Assembly (NCBI GenBank): GCA_964016885.1
Contig: OZ024746.1
Location: 54,684,001-54,748,000 of the forward strand
Reading direction: 5' to 3'
DNA: 64,000 bases
From: Eledone cirrhosa
Taxonomy: Eukaryota
In this document: positions 16,708-32,915 of the stretch, in pieces
Position numbering within the stretch: position 1 is the first letter of the stretch
How the letters are laid out: each line of letters opens with the position of its first letter
Position numbers and translations under genes: made by a program
The notes under the pieces: model-generated
What the model was told of the DNA's origin: nothing
Databases searched by the model: none
What the model saw: only the letters and a program-made list of their open reading frames with translations

Positions 16708-17757
16708 GTATATCTATTGCAGTAAACGTTTTTTTTTATGAGGTTACAATAATTCTGAGTGGAGTTTCTCACCAAAATTTCTCAGTAACATTACCGTTTG
16801 TAGAAAAAAGATCATCCAACTATAATAAACACTAGTTAAGCTGCCTGTACAAAAATATCAAATGAAATGTCAACAGAGTCTATAGAGGTAAAAACATTCA
16901 AAAAGACCAAAGTGCAATATACAAATGGGTTTTTCCAAATACAATGTAATATAGCTCATGTTGAACACTTCGCAAATGTGCTTACGTCACGAGAAAAATA
17001 TATGAAAAGGAAATTTTAAACACCCACATAAAATCAAATAAATATAAGTGCCAAAACGGTGGTGGAAAAAGCTGGTCACAGCTAATCGATACATCTATTA
17101 GCTGAATGATATATTTATATATATATATTTCATTCGATAATGTTACCTATAACTTCTGGTGGTGACGTAGGGATGTTATAGTTTCACATAGTATGTCGAG
17201 GTTATGTTTTAAACCGGAAGGAACCCATCACGTTCCCCTCGGTGAAAACAGTGATGGATAGTGAGAAAGAAATATAGAGACAACTCCAGTATTGGACTGG
17301 GATGTTTTTATATCAATCTTGCATTAAAATGATGAAAGACAAAGTTGCCCTCGTCTGTATTTGAACTCAGAATGCAGAGTAAGAGAGCGTGAACGAATAG
17401 CGTAAAACATTCTACTGTTTTGTAATGACTTTGCTCATTCACAGACTTATATATATATACATACACATATATAGGGGGGGGGGTGCGTGCGAGTGTGTGT
17501 GGTACACAGCAGGGATAACAAAGCAAACAACACAGTACATTGAAGACATATATTATTAGGTTTACGTTTGATATTGTAGGAAAACAATATTAACATTTCG
17601 TACGCTTGTCCTTCATCAGAAAATATATACAAAGAGTAATAAAATAAATAGAAAGTCGTGATTTCCAGAAGTTGTCTAAGGGGATGAAACTATCCATTCC
17701 AGTGTTTTCTCCATTGTTTTTGTCCTGTACACGCCCTCTTTTGAATATATATATATA

Positions 17758-18010
17758 TAGTTATGTAATAAAAACATAAGACAATTATTCCGTTTACAAA
17801 AGGTTTCACGAAGACAGACGAGCTCTGCACAGACGTCTAAAATCGTTCATCAGAATGAAATTTTATTTGAAGTGGATTTCAGACGTCTGTGCCGAGCTCG
17901 TCTGTCTTCGTGAAAACTTTGGTAAATGCAATAATTGTCTTATGTTGTTTATTACATAACTAAATAGCTCTGTAGCTTACATAGAGCACTCTCCTTTCCT
18001 ACGGAAACAC
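17758..18010. mobile_element. Family F head-to-head duplication; HHR on minus strand at 17791-17857
   Basis: arms ~17758-17845 and ~17876-17962; catt-CTGATGA-acga..tcgt-GAAA-ccttttg-TA-aacg. Confidence 0.75.
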
Positions 18011-18044
18011 TTAATAATATATATATATATATATACACACACAT

Positions 18045-18243
<199 letters not shown>

Positions 18244-18310
18244 TATAATTAGCAGCGGCATTCACATAGTATTGTTATTAACAGATCTGTTTAGGAAGGC
18301 ACATACGGTA

Positions 18311-18497
18311 TAATTGTTTCTACTTTTGGCACAAGGCCACCAATTACCCAGTGCATTACTGGTGCTTTATGTTATCGACCCCGTAAAGATGAAAGGCAAA
18401 GTTAACCTCGGCAGGATTTGAAATCAGAATAGCAAGGGCCGTTACTCTATGCGTCAAAGCATGGCGTCAGACCCCCTCACGATATTACCAATCCACA
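18311..18497 (-). mobile_element. SINE-A copy
   Basis: matches the other SINE-A copies. Confidence 0.9.
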
Positions 18498-18730
18498 TAA
18501 GATATAATTAAATATAATATATATAAAGGAGTCAGCATATGAATGATTTCAGATGTGATCATGACACCGCTACCTCAGTAAGCATGTTTATCTATTTTAT
18601 ACGTCATCGGTAACATTTACTCACTAGGTAGGCAGACGAGCAGAATCTCTATGTATATATGTATGTGTGCGAATATGTGTATATATAATTCCGGGTGTGT
18701 GTTTTAATTGTTTTGTTTGTCTCATTTATT

Positions 18731-18883
<153 letters not shown>

Positions 18884-19254
18884 ATATATACACATCCATT
18901 TCCGTATATGCGATAGTGTGTATGTGGAATATAAAATACAAACACACACAGCTACACTTATACACACACACACACACACATATATATATGTGTGTGTGTG
19001 TGTGTGTTTGTGTTGTGTTACTTTGTGTGTATGTGTGTGTGTGTGGGGGGGGGGGTATAACTACTTTCAAACCAGACAATGTGCAATATATTAAGCGTTG
19101 AATTTCTTCCAAATTTCTAACTCATCCGGATTAAATATGTTTAATAAAAATTATCTAAAAATGTGAACAGCTGGATGTATTCGAGGTCTTGAACAGACAT
19201 ACTGATATAACATTCGAACAAGGACAAACACATTTACACGCACATACACACATT

Positions 19255-19309
<55 letters not shown>

Positions 19310-19340
19310 TTATATATATACACACACACACTCACATATA

Positions 19341-19453
<113 letters not shown>

Positions 19454-19460
19454 TTACACT

Positions 19461-19516
<56 letters not shown>

Positions 19517-19899
19517 TATATATATATATGAAGTGTTCATAGATAATCAGTCCTCGATGGCTGAGAGAAAAGTTGCCAATTGTCGGGTGGATGGAACATA
19601 AGATAAAAGAAGAAGGTTTAGATAATTTTGGATAGGTTACAACTGAGAAAATATTTCCCTTGTCTCTTTCTATTTCTTTCTGTCATTCATTCGTACTTTT
19701 TTTTCTCACTTTATTAGTTTCATTCTCTATATTTCAATCTTTTTTCCATTTATATATTTTCATATTATTCATATGGAGACAGAAAATCTCAGTTTCTTAT
19801 AATTGTGTGGCTTGATCCCACAATAAAATATATATATATGAATGTACACACACACACACGCACACACACGCACACACATATATATATATATATATATAC

Positions 19900-19931
<32 letters not shown>

Positions 19932-19948
19932 ATGTATATATATATGTA

Positions 19949-20019
<71 letters not shown>

Positions 20020-20022
<3 letters not shown>

Positions 20023-20074
20023 AACAAGTATGACCCCGACGGCAGAGCTCAAGCCGTTTCGACGGCTAATTCTG

Positions 20075-20112
<38 letters not shown>

Positions 20113-20530
20113 CTATACGTTGGGATGGTCATGCTGCCAATAAAAACACACGCATTTGTTGAATTTCACTTCAATTTGTTATACATTTGTGCGTGTGCTT
20201 TTATTGGCAGCAGACCCTCCCAAAGTATAACAATATCTGTTTCAACACACGTTTTCAAATAAGGAATCTATCAAAACAAATTCAAAAACGAAGTATATGT
20301 ATATAAAATATATATATATATATATAAATATATATATATATAATAAAAAAATATATATATATGTGTTGTTATACTTGGGGGGTCATATTGTAATAATATT
20401 GCCAGAAATAATAACAGAAGACACTCACTGTTTCGTTGGTTTTCGCTTCTGTATCTTTTATATCTCCCTAGTTAATTTATTTGGCAACCAATGTTTATCA
20501 TTGACTGACCATCGGTTAAAAATACAGATA
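20020..20530. mobile_element. Cluster of short TA-inserted fragments (family B 20020-20079; family I-like 20105-20292 and 20360-20530)
   Basis: similarity to 39945-39995 and 43780-43890; each piece separated by (TA)n. Confidence 0.65.
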
Positions 20531-20549
20531 TAAATATATATATATATAG

Positions 20550-22290
20550 TCTAACAAAGTTCTCTCGTTGCACATTTGCAACATCATCAGTGATTCTATT
20601 ATCATGTCCCCTCCTATTGTGTTGTATTGTAATGTTCACGCCATTTTTTATTTATTTATTTATTTATTTTTGTCTCCGTCTCTGCGCATGCGTTTGCATG
20701 TGTGTATAATGTTTGGTGTGTGTGTTCGCGTTTGGGTGTATGTATTTTAGATTTTGTATTTTATCTGTGTTTACTAGTGTGTGTTTATTTGTGTTTGTTG
20801 TTATTCTCTACTTGTGTATATATTTATTTATTTATTTATATTTCTCTTCAGTCAGTATTGTTTGTTTGGGTATGGTTGTTGTTGTTATTCCATTCGTTTT
20901 TTCTGTTCAAGTTTGGTTTTCTAGGCTCTATTTCGCTCGTTTCTCTGATTTGCCTACCTGTTGGGTCATTTCTATGTTTAGATATTATTTTAATTTCTAT
21001 CCCATCTATATTACCGTCATGTCTTTGTCTGGTGTGTTCGTATAGTACTGAAACGTGTTTTTGTCCTTTTAATTCCCTCTAGTGTTGGTCTATTATTTCT
21101 CCTATGCTTCGAGCTGTCTCACCTATGTATGACGTTGTCATGTTTCTGCAAGTACCCTCTGTACATCTTCTGCTTTAGACTACATTTTTAGTTTTACAGT
21201 TTATATGGGGGTTCACTTTACATATAATACATTTCTTATTAATACAGTGGGTTTTCTTAAAGGGGTATGTTTTGCTGATCAGGGAATTTATGGTAGTTCC
21301 TGGCTTTTCAACCACTTTAATCTTTAAGCGGGACTTTCTTAGGGCCTTTCTACATTGGTTAGCTAATATCCTCCCAGGGGTAGCGTTGATGAACATGACA
21401 CTCTTGTATCTCTGGTTACCGTACCATGAGGTGGCTTTCCCTATCTTATGTTTAGTCCTATCTAAGCTATTACATGTGTTGCTCTTGTATAATTGGCAAA
21501 TTCCTTTCGCGTCCATTTCTATGAGGGTCCTGTAACTCCTTTGTATACTCTGATTCTGTCTCTTTAGTTGTAGCCAGAGAACTGCATGCGGTTGATGAAG
21601 TGTTGGATGTGTCTTTCCATTTCTGTTGGGTTGCACATGCGGGACACGTTTTTCATCACTCGTACCAAGTCTGCGATCAGAATATTAAACTTAGCACTAC
21701 TGGACATTGCTGAGCTTTTGAGTATCAGGAATTTGGAGACCATGGGTTTAGCATAGTGTGAGTGGAGAATTTGGACTCTTTCATCTATAGTGTTAATCCA
21801 GAGTTCCGTGTCTAATACAGGTCGTCTATTTTTAGGGTGTTTGGAAGGGTAGTTAACAGTTACAGTTATACTCTGGTGTATGGAGTTTGCTATCTGCTGG
21901 ATTCTTTCCATTGTGCTATATTCTAAATCATGTTCATTACCACTCCCTTGTGGGGATGTTCTTATTACTATATTAATATCGTCTACGTAACGATTGTACA
22001 TGACTAGGTCTATGGAGCTCTCTTCAATGAGATATTTATATCATAAATAGATTGGCAACATCACCAGTTATGCTGACGCCAATGGCTGCTCCCTCATTTT
22101 GGGTGTAGATCATTTCATTGAATTTAAACATATGGCCCTTTAGGGTAATTCTAATATTAGCCTCTATTGCATGCGCAACCATTTTTCTGATTGATCATTG
22201 TTTAGGGGTCTCCGTATGGCTTTGGTCCATCCATTCCATCTTCCCATGGGAGTCTTTTTAGCCATTGAGATTATGGTGGTCTACCTCAGC
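20550..22290 (-). pseudogene. 5'-truncated Penelope-like element: RT, Cys-rich linker, C-terminal GIY-YIG endonuclease, 3' UTR with relic HHR
   Basis: RYVDDINI, PVLDTELW, HYAKPM, RMQFSGY; CINKKCIIC; NVV*..YIGETAR..RQIRE..LNRKNEW with in-frame stops; relic aatca-CTGATGA-tgttgca/tgcaac-GAGA at 20551-20595. Confidence 0.9.
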
Positions 22291-22834
22291 AGACCCATAT
22301 GTATATATATACAAACATATAGGAAAAGAGTCATGGAACATACGGTGAGCTCCGGCCATTTCGACCGCTAGATCCGAACTCAAACATACATAGATAGATA
22401 GATAAACACCACTTTGATAGGTTTCAGACATTATTGGACAAAAACATGCCTAACTTAATACCAATACCAGCCGAAGTCTTTCGAACCATGCTTCACACAT
22501 CAGTCGTGTTTAGGACACCAGGTCTCATTTCAACAAATGTTATTGTTTCCGGAGTCATATCCGGTTGTATTCTATCTTTTACTGTCCGTGTATTTTCGTA
22601 TGATATAAAAGAGAAGAGGGTCAAGGGAGATGAAATATTTGACTCACAGTTTGTGGGGAACCGCATGGCACTGTGACCTAAAATTGATGGATTTTAAAAT
22701 CGATACCATCATTCCTTGATAGAATATTTTCCTCATTATACAAATGTTGTTGCGCTCAAAGCATACATAGATATATATGTATACATACACATGCATACAA
22801 CCAAACACATTTATATACATGCATTATAAGTGTA

Positions 22835-22895
<61 letters not shown>

Positions 22896-22902
22896 TATAC
22901 AG

Positions 22903-22934
<32 letters not shown>

Positions 22935-24288
22935 TATATATATATATAAATATACATATATGTATGTATGTGTATGTGGTTGTGTTTTGTGCTAAGTACA
23001 AACTTTTGTGTGTGTATATATATAGGTGTATATATATTTATTTATATATATATATGTTCGTGTGATTGTGCGCGTGCGTGTGCATGTTTTCCTTGTAGTT
23101 TTCTCTGCAGGCAATTGTGTTTAACATCAGCTTTCGTTGCGTTCCTTCCATCTCCATCGTGGTGTGGATGTTATCTGACATCTGATTGGTAATGGCAATT
23201 CAAAACAATGAACAAGTCACGCTGAACCATGTACTGGTATCTTTAAAAACCTTCAAACTCTTAAGAATTCGCGTTTTAATCCTCATACTGAGTATAACTA
23301 GCATTTTGTTTCCCATAGATTCATAGTGCGAGTGTTGTGGTTTCATTTCGTTGCACCGATGTTTATATAAGTCTCAACCTAACTATAATGCGTTACGATA
23401 ATTTCTTTGCTTCTTGGATAAATGTTCTGAGTTCAAATAAGATCGCTCCCACATCTTCTTTTGGCGCCGAAAAGATGAGGCTCTTTTCCACTACTTGGTG
23501 GCTGTAGCGAAAAGATTGTGTGGTGGACGCGAACGAAAGAACTGAAGGCTGACTGCCGCCTTCTTTTGGCCGTAACGGGCAGGTAGTTTTCCACTACCTG
23601 GTGGTTGTAGCGAAAAAGATGTATGGTGGACGAGAACGAAAGGACTGAAGGCAGACACTTTTCTCTTCACCCCATCATTCATCAACTTTTTCAAGTTTCA
23701 TCTGGAAAGGAAAGTGAATATGGAGAAATAAGCGCTGCCCCCACAAACTTCCAACCCAGTAGATTTTTAAAAGGTGGACGAATGTTGCTTCATATATGTA
23801 ACCATTCTCTGATTAAAATCATATTTACAACAGAATGATATTCAATCATATAAGAGTTGTCGATTAATTACGATTAATTACATCTTATATAATTCTGGAA
23901 TATAGCCAAATATTTATATCACGTTGATTAATCAAATTCAGCTGAGATGAGTACCAGTATTAGCTGGGCAGTTACACCTGGGATAAACTGACATCCTATC
24001 CTGGGGGAGTCTTATACTTTCTGTCGCTTAACGTTAAGGAAACTGGAGATAATCATTGGCAAGAAGTAGCTTCGGTTTTGAACAGACTTTTTCATAATAT
24101 CAACATCATCCTCATAGTCATCACCAGAACCCAAACCATCACAATCAATAACAACATCACCAACACCACATCCATCAACAATAACAACAAAAATAATATG
24201 ACCACCACCAACAACAACGATACCATCATCATGGCAATGATAGTTTTCAAATCGTTATTGTTTAGTTTTTCATTATTATTATTATTAT

Positions 24289-24481
24289 GGTGGATTGGCA
24301 CTATCGCTAGAGAGTCGGACGCCATGCTTTGCAGCAAAGATTTACGGCCATTTATGATCTGAGTTCAAATCCCGCCGAGGTTAAATTTGCCTTTCATCCT
24401 TACGGGGTCGATAAAAATAAAGTACCAGTAATACACTGGTTAATTTCTGGTCTTGTGCCAAAAGTAGAAACAATTATTATT
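24289..24481 (+). mobile_element. SINE-A copy
   Basis: tggattggca..gagttcaaatccc..gcctttcatccttacggggtcgataaa..(att)n tail. Confidence 0.9.
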
Positions 24482-24711
24482 GTTAATGCACTTCTATATT
24501 TTGTCAGTTCGCTATGAAGCTATTTGTCTCACAACCTCTCCTGCCATTCTACGAATATAAACCAGACATATCTGGCTAAATAAATTACGGAAGAATAGAT
24601 TCTGAAAATAGGCCGAGATTGAAACACACACACATAACTATATACACACACAATCTCTCACATATGCACACGTACGCCCCCCCCCCCCCAATATGTATAT
24701 ATATATATATG

Positions 24712-24804
<93 letters not shown>

Positions 24805-24980
24805 TTATACATATATATATATATATATATGTGTGTGTATGCATACATATATATAAACAAAAGCAACGGTGACTTTTCTAATGTCCAGGTGTGATCTTTG
24901 CTAATTCTTAGATTAATGATTTTACTTCCACGATTTCAAATTCTGATTTATTTTTCTTGTCTCTCCACCTTCTTTATCTA

Positions 24981-25043
<63 letters not shown>

Positions 25044-25306
25044 ACATACCTTCCTAAATATCTATCTATCTACCTATCTATCTGTCTATCTATATATCTA
25101 AAGATATCTATATATCTATTTATCAATCTATCTATCTATCTATCTATTACCCATATGAAATGTCTCCCTCTATTGGGGAAAATCGATTAACTTTTCAATT
25201 GCATTTGTGATAATATTTTACACGTTTTTATTGTATGTAAACTTCCCCCTTTGTATTTGTCCCCTTATTTTGTGCCCCTGTGGCTAATAAAGAAACATAT
25301 CTATCA

Positions 25307-25345
<39 letters not shown>

Positions 25346-25351
25346 CAACCA

Positions 25352-25400
<49 letters not shown>

Positions 25401-25431
25401 TTCTCTCTCTCTCCATCTATCTGTCTATCTT

Positions 25432-25480
<49 letters not shown>

Positions 25481-25488
<8 letters not shown>

Positions 25489-26025
25489 TATGATCTTCGG
25501 CAAATCACTGATGAGGGACTCATTTTATTACATGTTATCCATGTGCTACCTGCAGTATTTTTCTCTATATTTTATTACATATATTTACCACTGCGATTCT
25601 GTGTTTTTTTCTCTCTCTCTTACTGTTCCCCCATTCTCTCTGTTTCTCCCCCTCTGTCATGTCAGTTAACTCTTCCTCACACTTTCACTCACTCACTGTT
25701 TCTCTCTCTTCTCTTCATTTCATCCTGTACACCACGAGAGCTATTTTTCTCTCTCCGCTCATAGCCTTCGCTCGTGTATTGTCTGTTCTAAAAGCGCTCA
25801 TATATTCACCTAGCTTATGCTAAACAGAATAATTTTTGAAGCTTGTTTCTTTCCCCTGGTTAGCCTTACTCTGTTGTTCTCCTGTCTCACTCGCTTTACG
25901 CGTTTTAATTGTCCTAATAACTTATTTTGGTTATTATTGCACCGAAGTGAGGTATATGATTTTTAATGCAATGAAATATCTATGATCTTCGGCAAATCAC
26001 TGATGAGGGACTCATTTTATTACAT
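25481..26025. mobile_element. 545-bp TA-flanked element with identical 53-bp terminal direct repeats (partial tandem pLTR-like)
   Basis: 25481-25533 = 25973-26025; the repeat contains GAAAtatcTA and CTGATGA boxes. Confidence 0.7.
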
Positions 26026-26049
26026 ATATATATATATATATACATATAT

Positions 26050-26086
<37 letters not shown>

Positions 26087-26519
26087 GAGAGAGAGAGAGA
26101 AAGTGACATAGAGACAGAGAGACAGATGAGTAAAGATCAATAGACAGAGATTTGTAGATATACAGAAAGGCAGATATGTTGATGGTTAGCCATATAGATA
26201 AATAGAATTTAGCAATAAATAACTAGACGATTAACAAGAATCGAAATGTTTTATATCTTTTTTTAAATTAAAAAAAAATATAGTCTTCTAACAGCTCCGC
26301 CTACACACACACACATACACACACACAGGCACACACACACACACATACAGACACACACACACACTCACACACACACAGTTACACGGACACACACACGAAC
26401 AGTCACTCACATATGTATTCAATATTGCCGTACACACACAGAGAATACGAGACACACGTAGGTATGTATACGCTTTTAAACATACACTCACGCGTAGGTA
26501 TGTACGCGCTTTTAACCAT

Positions 26520-26588
<69 letters not shown>

Positions 26589-27258
26589 ATAAATAGATAA
26601 ATAAAGAGAATATACACACGTATATGTATAGATAAATAGACAAATAAAGAGAATATACACACGTATATGTGTAGATAGACAAATATACAGAATATAATCG
26701 CAAGTATATGGTTGCGATGTTTTTTTGTCATGTGTTTATTAAGGTTTGTATGCATTTAGGTGTAAGAGGGATGTGTATTTCGGTGTCTGTGCATTCAAAT
26801 GTGTGCGGGTATGTGTGTGTGCGTGTGTGTGAGTGTAGGTGTGTGTGTGTATATGTGTGACTGTATGTGTGAGTGTATGTGTGTGCGTGTGTGTGTGTTT
26901 GTTTAGGTTTGTATGTGTGTGTGTGCAAATGTGTGAGTGTATGTGTGTATGTGTGTATGCGTGTATGTGTGTATGTGTGTGTATGTGTGTGTATGTGTGT
27001 ATGTGTGTTTAGGTGTGTATGTGTTTGTATGGGTGTACAGATGTGTGTGTGCGTGCATTTATGTGTATATATAAATGTGTGTGTGTAGGTGTATGTGTGT
27101 GTGTGAGTGTATATATGCATGTGTGTAACTTAATAATATCTCTAGATGTTAATGATGTTTATATGTTAGATAACGAATATGCACATGTAGCGTCTGTAGA
27201 CGTGTGATCTAACGTAAAGTGTCTTATCTCTGTTCTATTTGGAAAACTGTTAGATAGC

Positions 27259-28940
<1,682 letters not shown>

Positions 28941-29603
28941 ATGCATGTATATGTATGTATATATATATATATGTATATATATATGCATATTTGTATATAT
29001 ACATGTATATATATATATATACATATATACATGTATATATGTATATATACATATATATATGTATATATCTCTCTCTATATATACATATATACATATATAT
29101 TTATATATTTATATACATATATAAATACATACACACACACAAACACACATATATATATATATATGTGTGTGTGTGTGATGCAACAAATGGCATAAATGAA
29201 TATATATCATTTTATTCCTGACATACGGTCCGAGAAACAAAGAAAAGAAAAATAGATGTTGATCTAGAACCATGAAAATGTGTAAAAGATTAATATTTTT
29301 TCATATAATAATCTGGGATTCAAATGTTAATAATTTTTTGTAATCGGAGAAAGTTATAAATTGTAAATTATCCTCATTAAAGCAAGAAATGTCGTTATAA
29401 TGACATATCGTTATAACAGCAATCGCAGGATATTTGATAAAAATACACTGTTGAGTGAGAGACTATATTAAAAAAAAACAAAAAAACTTAGCTGTTAACA
29501 TATATTACAAATGTTGAAGTTTGTAATATATAAATTTACAATTCAAAGATGCTCGTTCTAAGAATATATTGTTAATATGCTTATATATATACATATATAT
29601 ATA

Positions 29604-29819
29604 ATGCGTGTGGCTGAGTGGTTAGAGAATTGTATTCGCAATCGTAAGGTTGTGAGTTCGATTCCTGGACCAGGCGATGCGTTATGTCCTTGAGCAAGAT
29701 ACTTTATTTCACGTTGCTCCTTCTACCTGGAATTGCGACCGATAGATAGTATTAGCAATTGGAAAGACCAACGGAAACATTGTTCCCTCGGTCCGATTTG
29801 ACAAAAAAGTCGATCGTTC

Positions 29820-29821
<2 letters not shown>
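29604..29821 (+). mobile_element. tRNA-headed SINE with alternative structured tail, inserted in TA
   Basis: A-box tggctgagtgg, B-box gagttcgattcc, gtccttgagcaag body; second copy at 31881-32067 (-). Confidence 0.8.
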
Positions 29822-29854
<33 letters not shown>

Positions 29855-30109
29855 CACTTATTGTACAGCCAACCATGTTACTCTTCATTCTTTAACTATT
29901 ATTACTCCAAGTATAACCTGCATAGAAATTACCGGGAACTCGCTCCATAACTATGGAAACATCTTGTTGAGTCAAACAAAGCCGTATGTTAAAACTATCC
30001 ACGGCGCGGAGTACTCATAACCTCTAACTGGATTAGCTATAACGATAACTTGTTATCCTATATATATATATATATATTGGTTTCGGTTTAGAGTGTGATT
30101 CTTTTATAT

Positions 30110-30150
<41 letters not shown>

Positions 30151-30159
30151 CATATAAGA

Positions 30160-30580
30160 ATCCTACTCTAAACCAAAACGTACCGCTAAAACTAACCAGA
30201 AATGTAACTCTAATCCCAATCCTAAACCTAATCCTGAAGCTAACCCAGATCCTATAACCAAACAACGTTAAGCCTTAATGATATTTGTAACCGATAAACG
30301 TAAATTTAACCCGAACATTAGCTCTAACAGTAATACTAACCCTAACCCAAACAGCAACGCAAGTCCGACTTGCACATAACCCTACCTCACAAACTAAATC
30401 TAATCCATATACAGTAATCCACCTAAACCTAAAACTAACCCTAAACCTAAACTTAACCCCTAACCATAAACAATACACTAACCCTAAATTTTCCCTTATT
30501 CCTAATCATATCCCTAACGCTAACCCTAACCACAAACCCTAACCATAACACTAACTCTAACGCTAACCAAAAACATTACC
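30160..30580. repeat. Degenerate (CCCTAA)n telomere-like array
   Basis: many ctaacc/ctaaacc/ccctaa units with heavy divergence. Confidence 0.7.
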
Positions 30581-30713
30581 CCACCCAAATGTCCATGATC
30601 TCCAGTAGACAACTGATGAAGGGAAATTATCCCCCGTTCGTGCTTTCCTCTTATTTATAAATACACTTTATCCATCAACCTCACACTCCTTGAATATTCT
30701 CTCTCTCTCACTC

Positions 30714-30883
<170 letters not shown>

Positions 30884-31026
30884 ATTGGTTATGCACGAGT
30901 GCATTAATGTTTTCCAGGACACAGTGTTATGTACCGTGTAGTGGAATGTCAGCTTACAACAGAGTGGTGCTCAACGAAATGCAGAAAAAAGGTGTATATT
31001 CCAGTTTAGCTATATTCTGGGGCGTG

Positions 31027-31546
31027 TATAAAGAATTAAAAAGAACAGAAAGATGCAGTAAAAGAGATTTATTCAGTTCTTACGTACGTTTCAATAGACA
31101 TCAATTTGCCTAGATCTCGCTACATCTATAATATTATATATTTAGTAGAGCATTCGATATCCAATGCACAATCGATTCCATATCATCAGAGATTACATAA
31201 TCTCTGATGATATGGGATCGATTGTGCATTGGATATCGAATGCTCTACTAAATATATAATATTATAGATGGATTGGCAGTATCGGTAGAGGGTCGGACGT
31301 CATGCTTTCCAGCATAGTTACGTCCCTTTACGATCTGAGTTCAAATCCCGCCGAGGTTGACTTTGCCTTTCATCCTTACGGGGTCGATAAAATAAAGTAC
31401 CAGTAATGCACTGGGTAATTGCTGGCCTTGTGCCTAAAGTAGAAACAATTATAGATGTAGCGAGATCTAGGCAAATTGTTGTCTATTGAAACGTACGTAA
31501 GAACTGAATAAATCTCTTTTACTACATCTTTCTGTTCTTTTTAATT

Positions 31547-31553
<7 letters not shown>
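31027..31553. mobile_element. Head-to-head PLE-like palindrome with long-stem-II HHR; right arm interrupted by SINE-A
   Basis: centre ~31196; minus 31078-31192 tct-CTGATGA...GAAA-cgtacg-TA-aga. Confidence 0.8.
31271..31450 (+). mobile_element. SINE-A with 10-bp target-site duplication
   Basis: attatagatg at 31261-31270 and 31448-31457; the left arm shows the empty site. Confidence 0.92.
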
Positions 31554-31624
<71 letters not shown>

Positions 31625-31646
31625 GTCTATATATATATATATATAT

Positions 31647-31865
31647 AGGAAAAGTGTCAGGACCCCGACGGAAGGGCTCAAAGCGTTTCTGGACTAGAAA
31701 TAGAATCCAGAAATAGTCTAGAATAGTCCAGAAATAGCCGTCGAAACGGCTTGAGCTCGGCGGTCGGGGTCCTGACTCTTTTCCTATACCCTTTCTAGTA
31801 CATAAAATATCGAGTACTCTGGTGCATTATGGTCCACCCGGTTCCTTACCACACTTCCTTCGTTA
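31647..31865. mobile_element. Family B head-to-head 3' ends
   Basis: ggaaaagtgtcaggaccccgac inverted at gtcggggtcctgactcttttcc. Confidence 0.75.
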
Positions 31866-31880
31866 AATATATATATATAT

Positions 31881-32067
31881 AGGAACGATCGACTTTCGTC
31901 AAATCGGACCGAGGGAACAATGTTTCCGTTGGTCTTTCCAATTGCTAATACTATCTATCGGTCGCAACTCCAGGTAGAAGGAGCAACGTGAAATAAAGTG
32001 TCGTGCTCAAGGACATAACGCATCGCCTGGTCCAGGAATCGAACTCACAACCTTACGATTGCGAATA
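31881..32067 (-). mobile_element. 5'-truncated second copy of the TA-inserting tRNA SINE
   Basis: reverse complement of 29633-29821 with a few substitutions; (TA)n on both sides. Confidence 0.8.
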
Positions 32068-32087
32068 TATATATATGTGTTTCCCAA

Positions 32088-32360
<273 letters not shown>

Positions 32361-32595
32361 AAGGAACTAGGCTGCAGTACCACCGTGGAAACACTTGTAA
32401 GCACACGGAATAAACTACCTTTTTATGATGTCTACCTGTTATTATTCATTCTTTATATACACTCCGGAATACTGAAGGATCAGGAACTAAGTTTCTTGAA
32501 CAATTCTTCCATAACTCGTAGAGTAACCTCTTACCGTACGTCAACCATATCCAGTGTAGTAATTAACCATCACTGCATCTTGGATAATCCTATAC

Positions 32596-32657
<62 letters not shown>

Positions 32658-32728
32658 TATATATGTATATGTGTGATCGTGTTTGGGTATGTATAATATA
32701 TTTCAGCATATACGGTTTATACTAGAAT

Positions 32729-32915
32729 ATAATTGTTTCTACTTTTTGGCACAAGGCCAGTAATTAACCCAGTGTATTACTGGTACTTTATTTTATCGAC
32801 CCCGAAAGGATGAAAGGCAAAGTTAACCTCGGCGGGATTTGAACTCAGAATGGCAAGGACCGTAACTCTATGCGTCAAAGCATGGCGTCCGACCCTCTAC
32901 TGGTACTGCCAATCC
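32729..32915 (-). mobile_element. SINE-A copy
   Basis: matches the other SINE-A copies. Confidence 0.9.

Noticed and set aside
21175-21260. Selenocysteine recoding in the PLE Cys-rich linker
   Set aside because: The cysteines are ordinary Cys codons and the observed stops are TAA/TAG; no SECIS recognised
24078-24362. Asn/Thr-rich ORFs (also 49025-49459)
   Set aside because: Degenerate trinucleotide repeats, partly running into a SINE
29604-29675. tRNA gene
   Set aside because: A/B boxes continue into a SINE body with no complete cloverleaf or terminator
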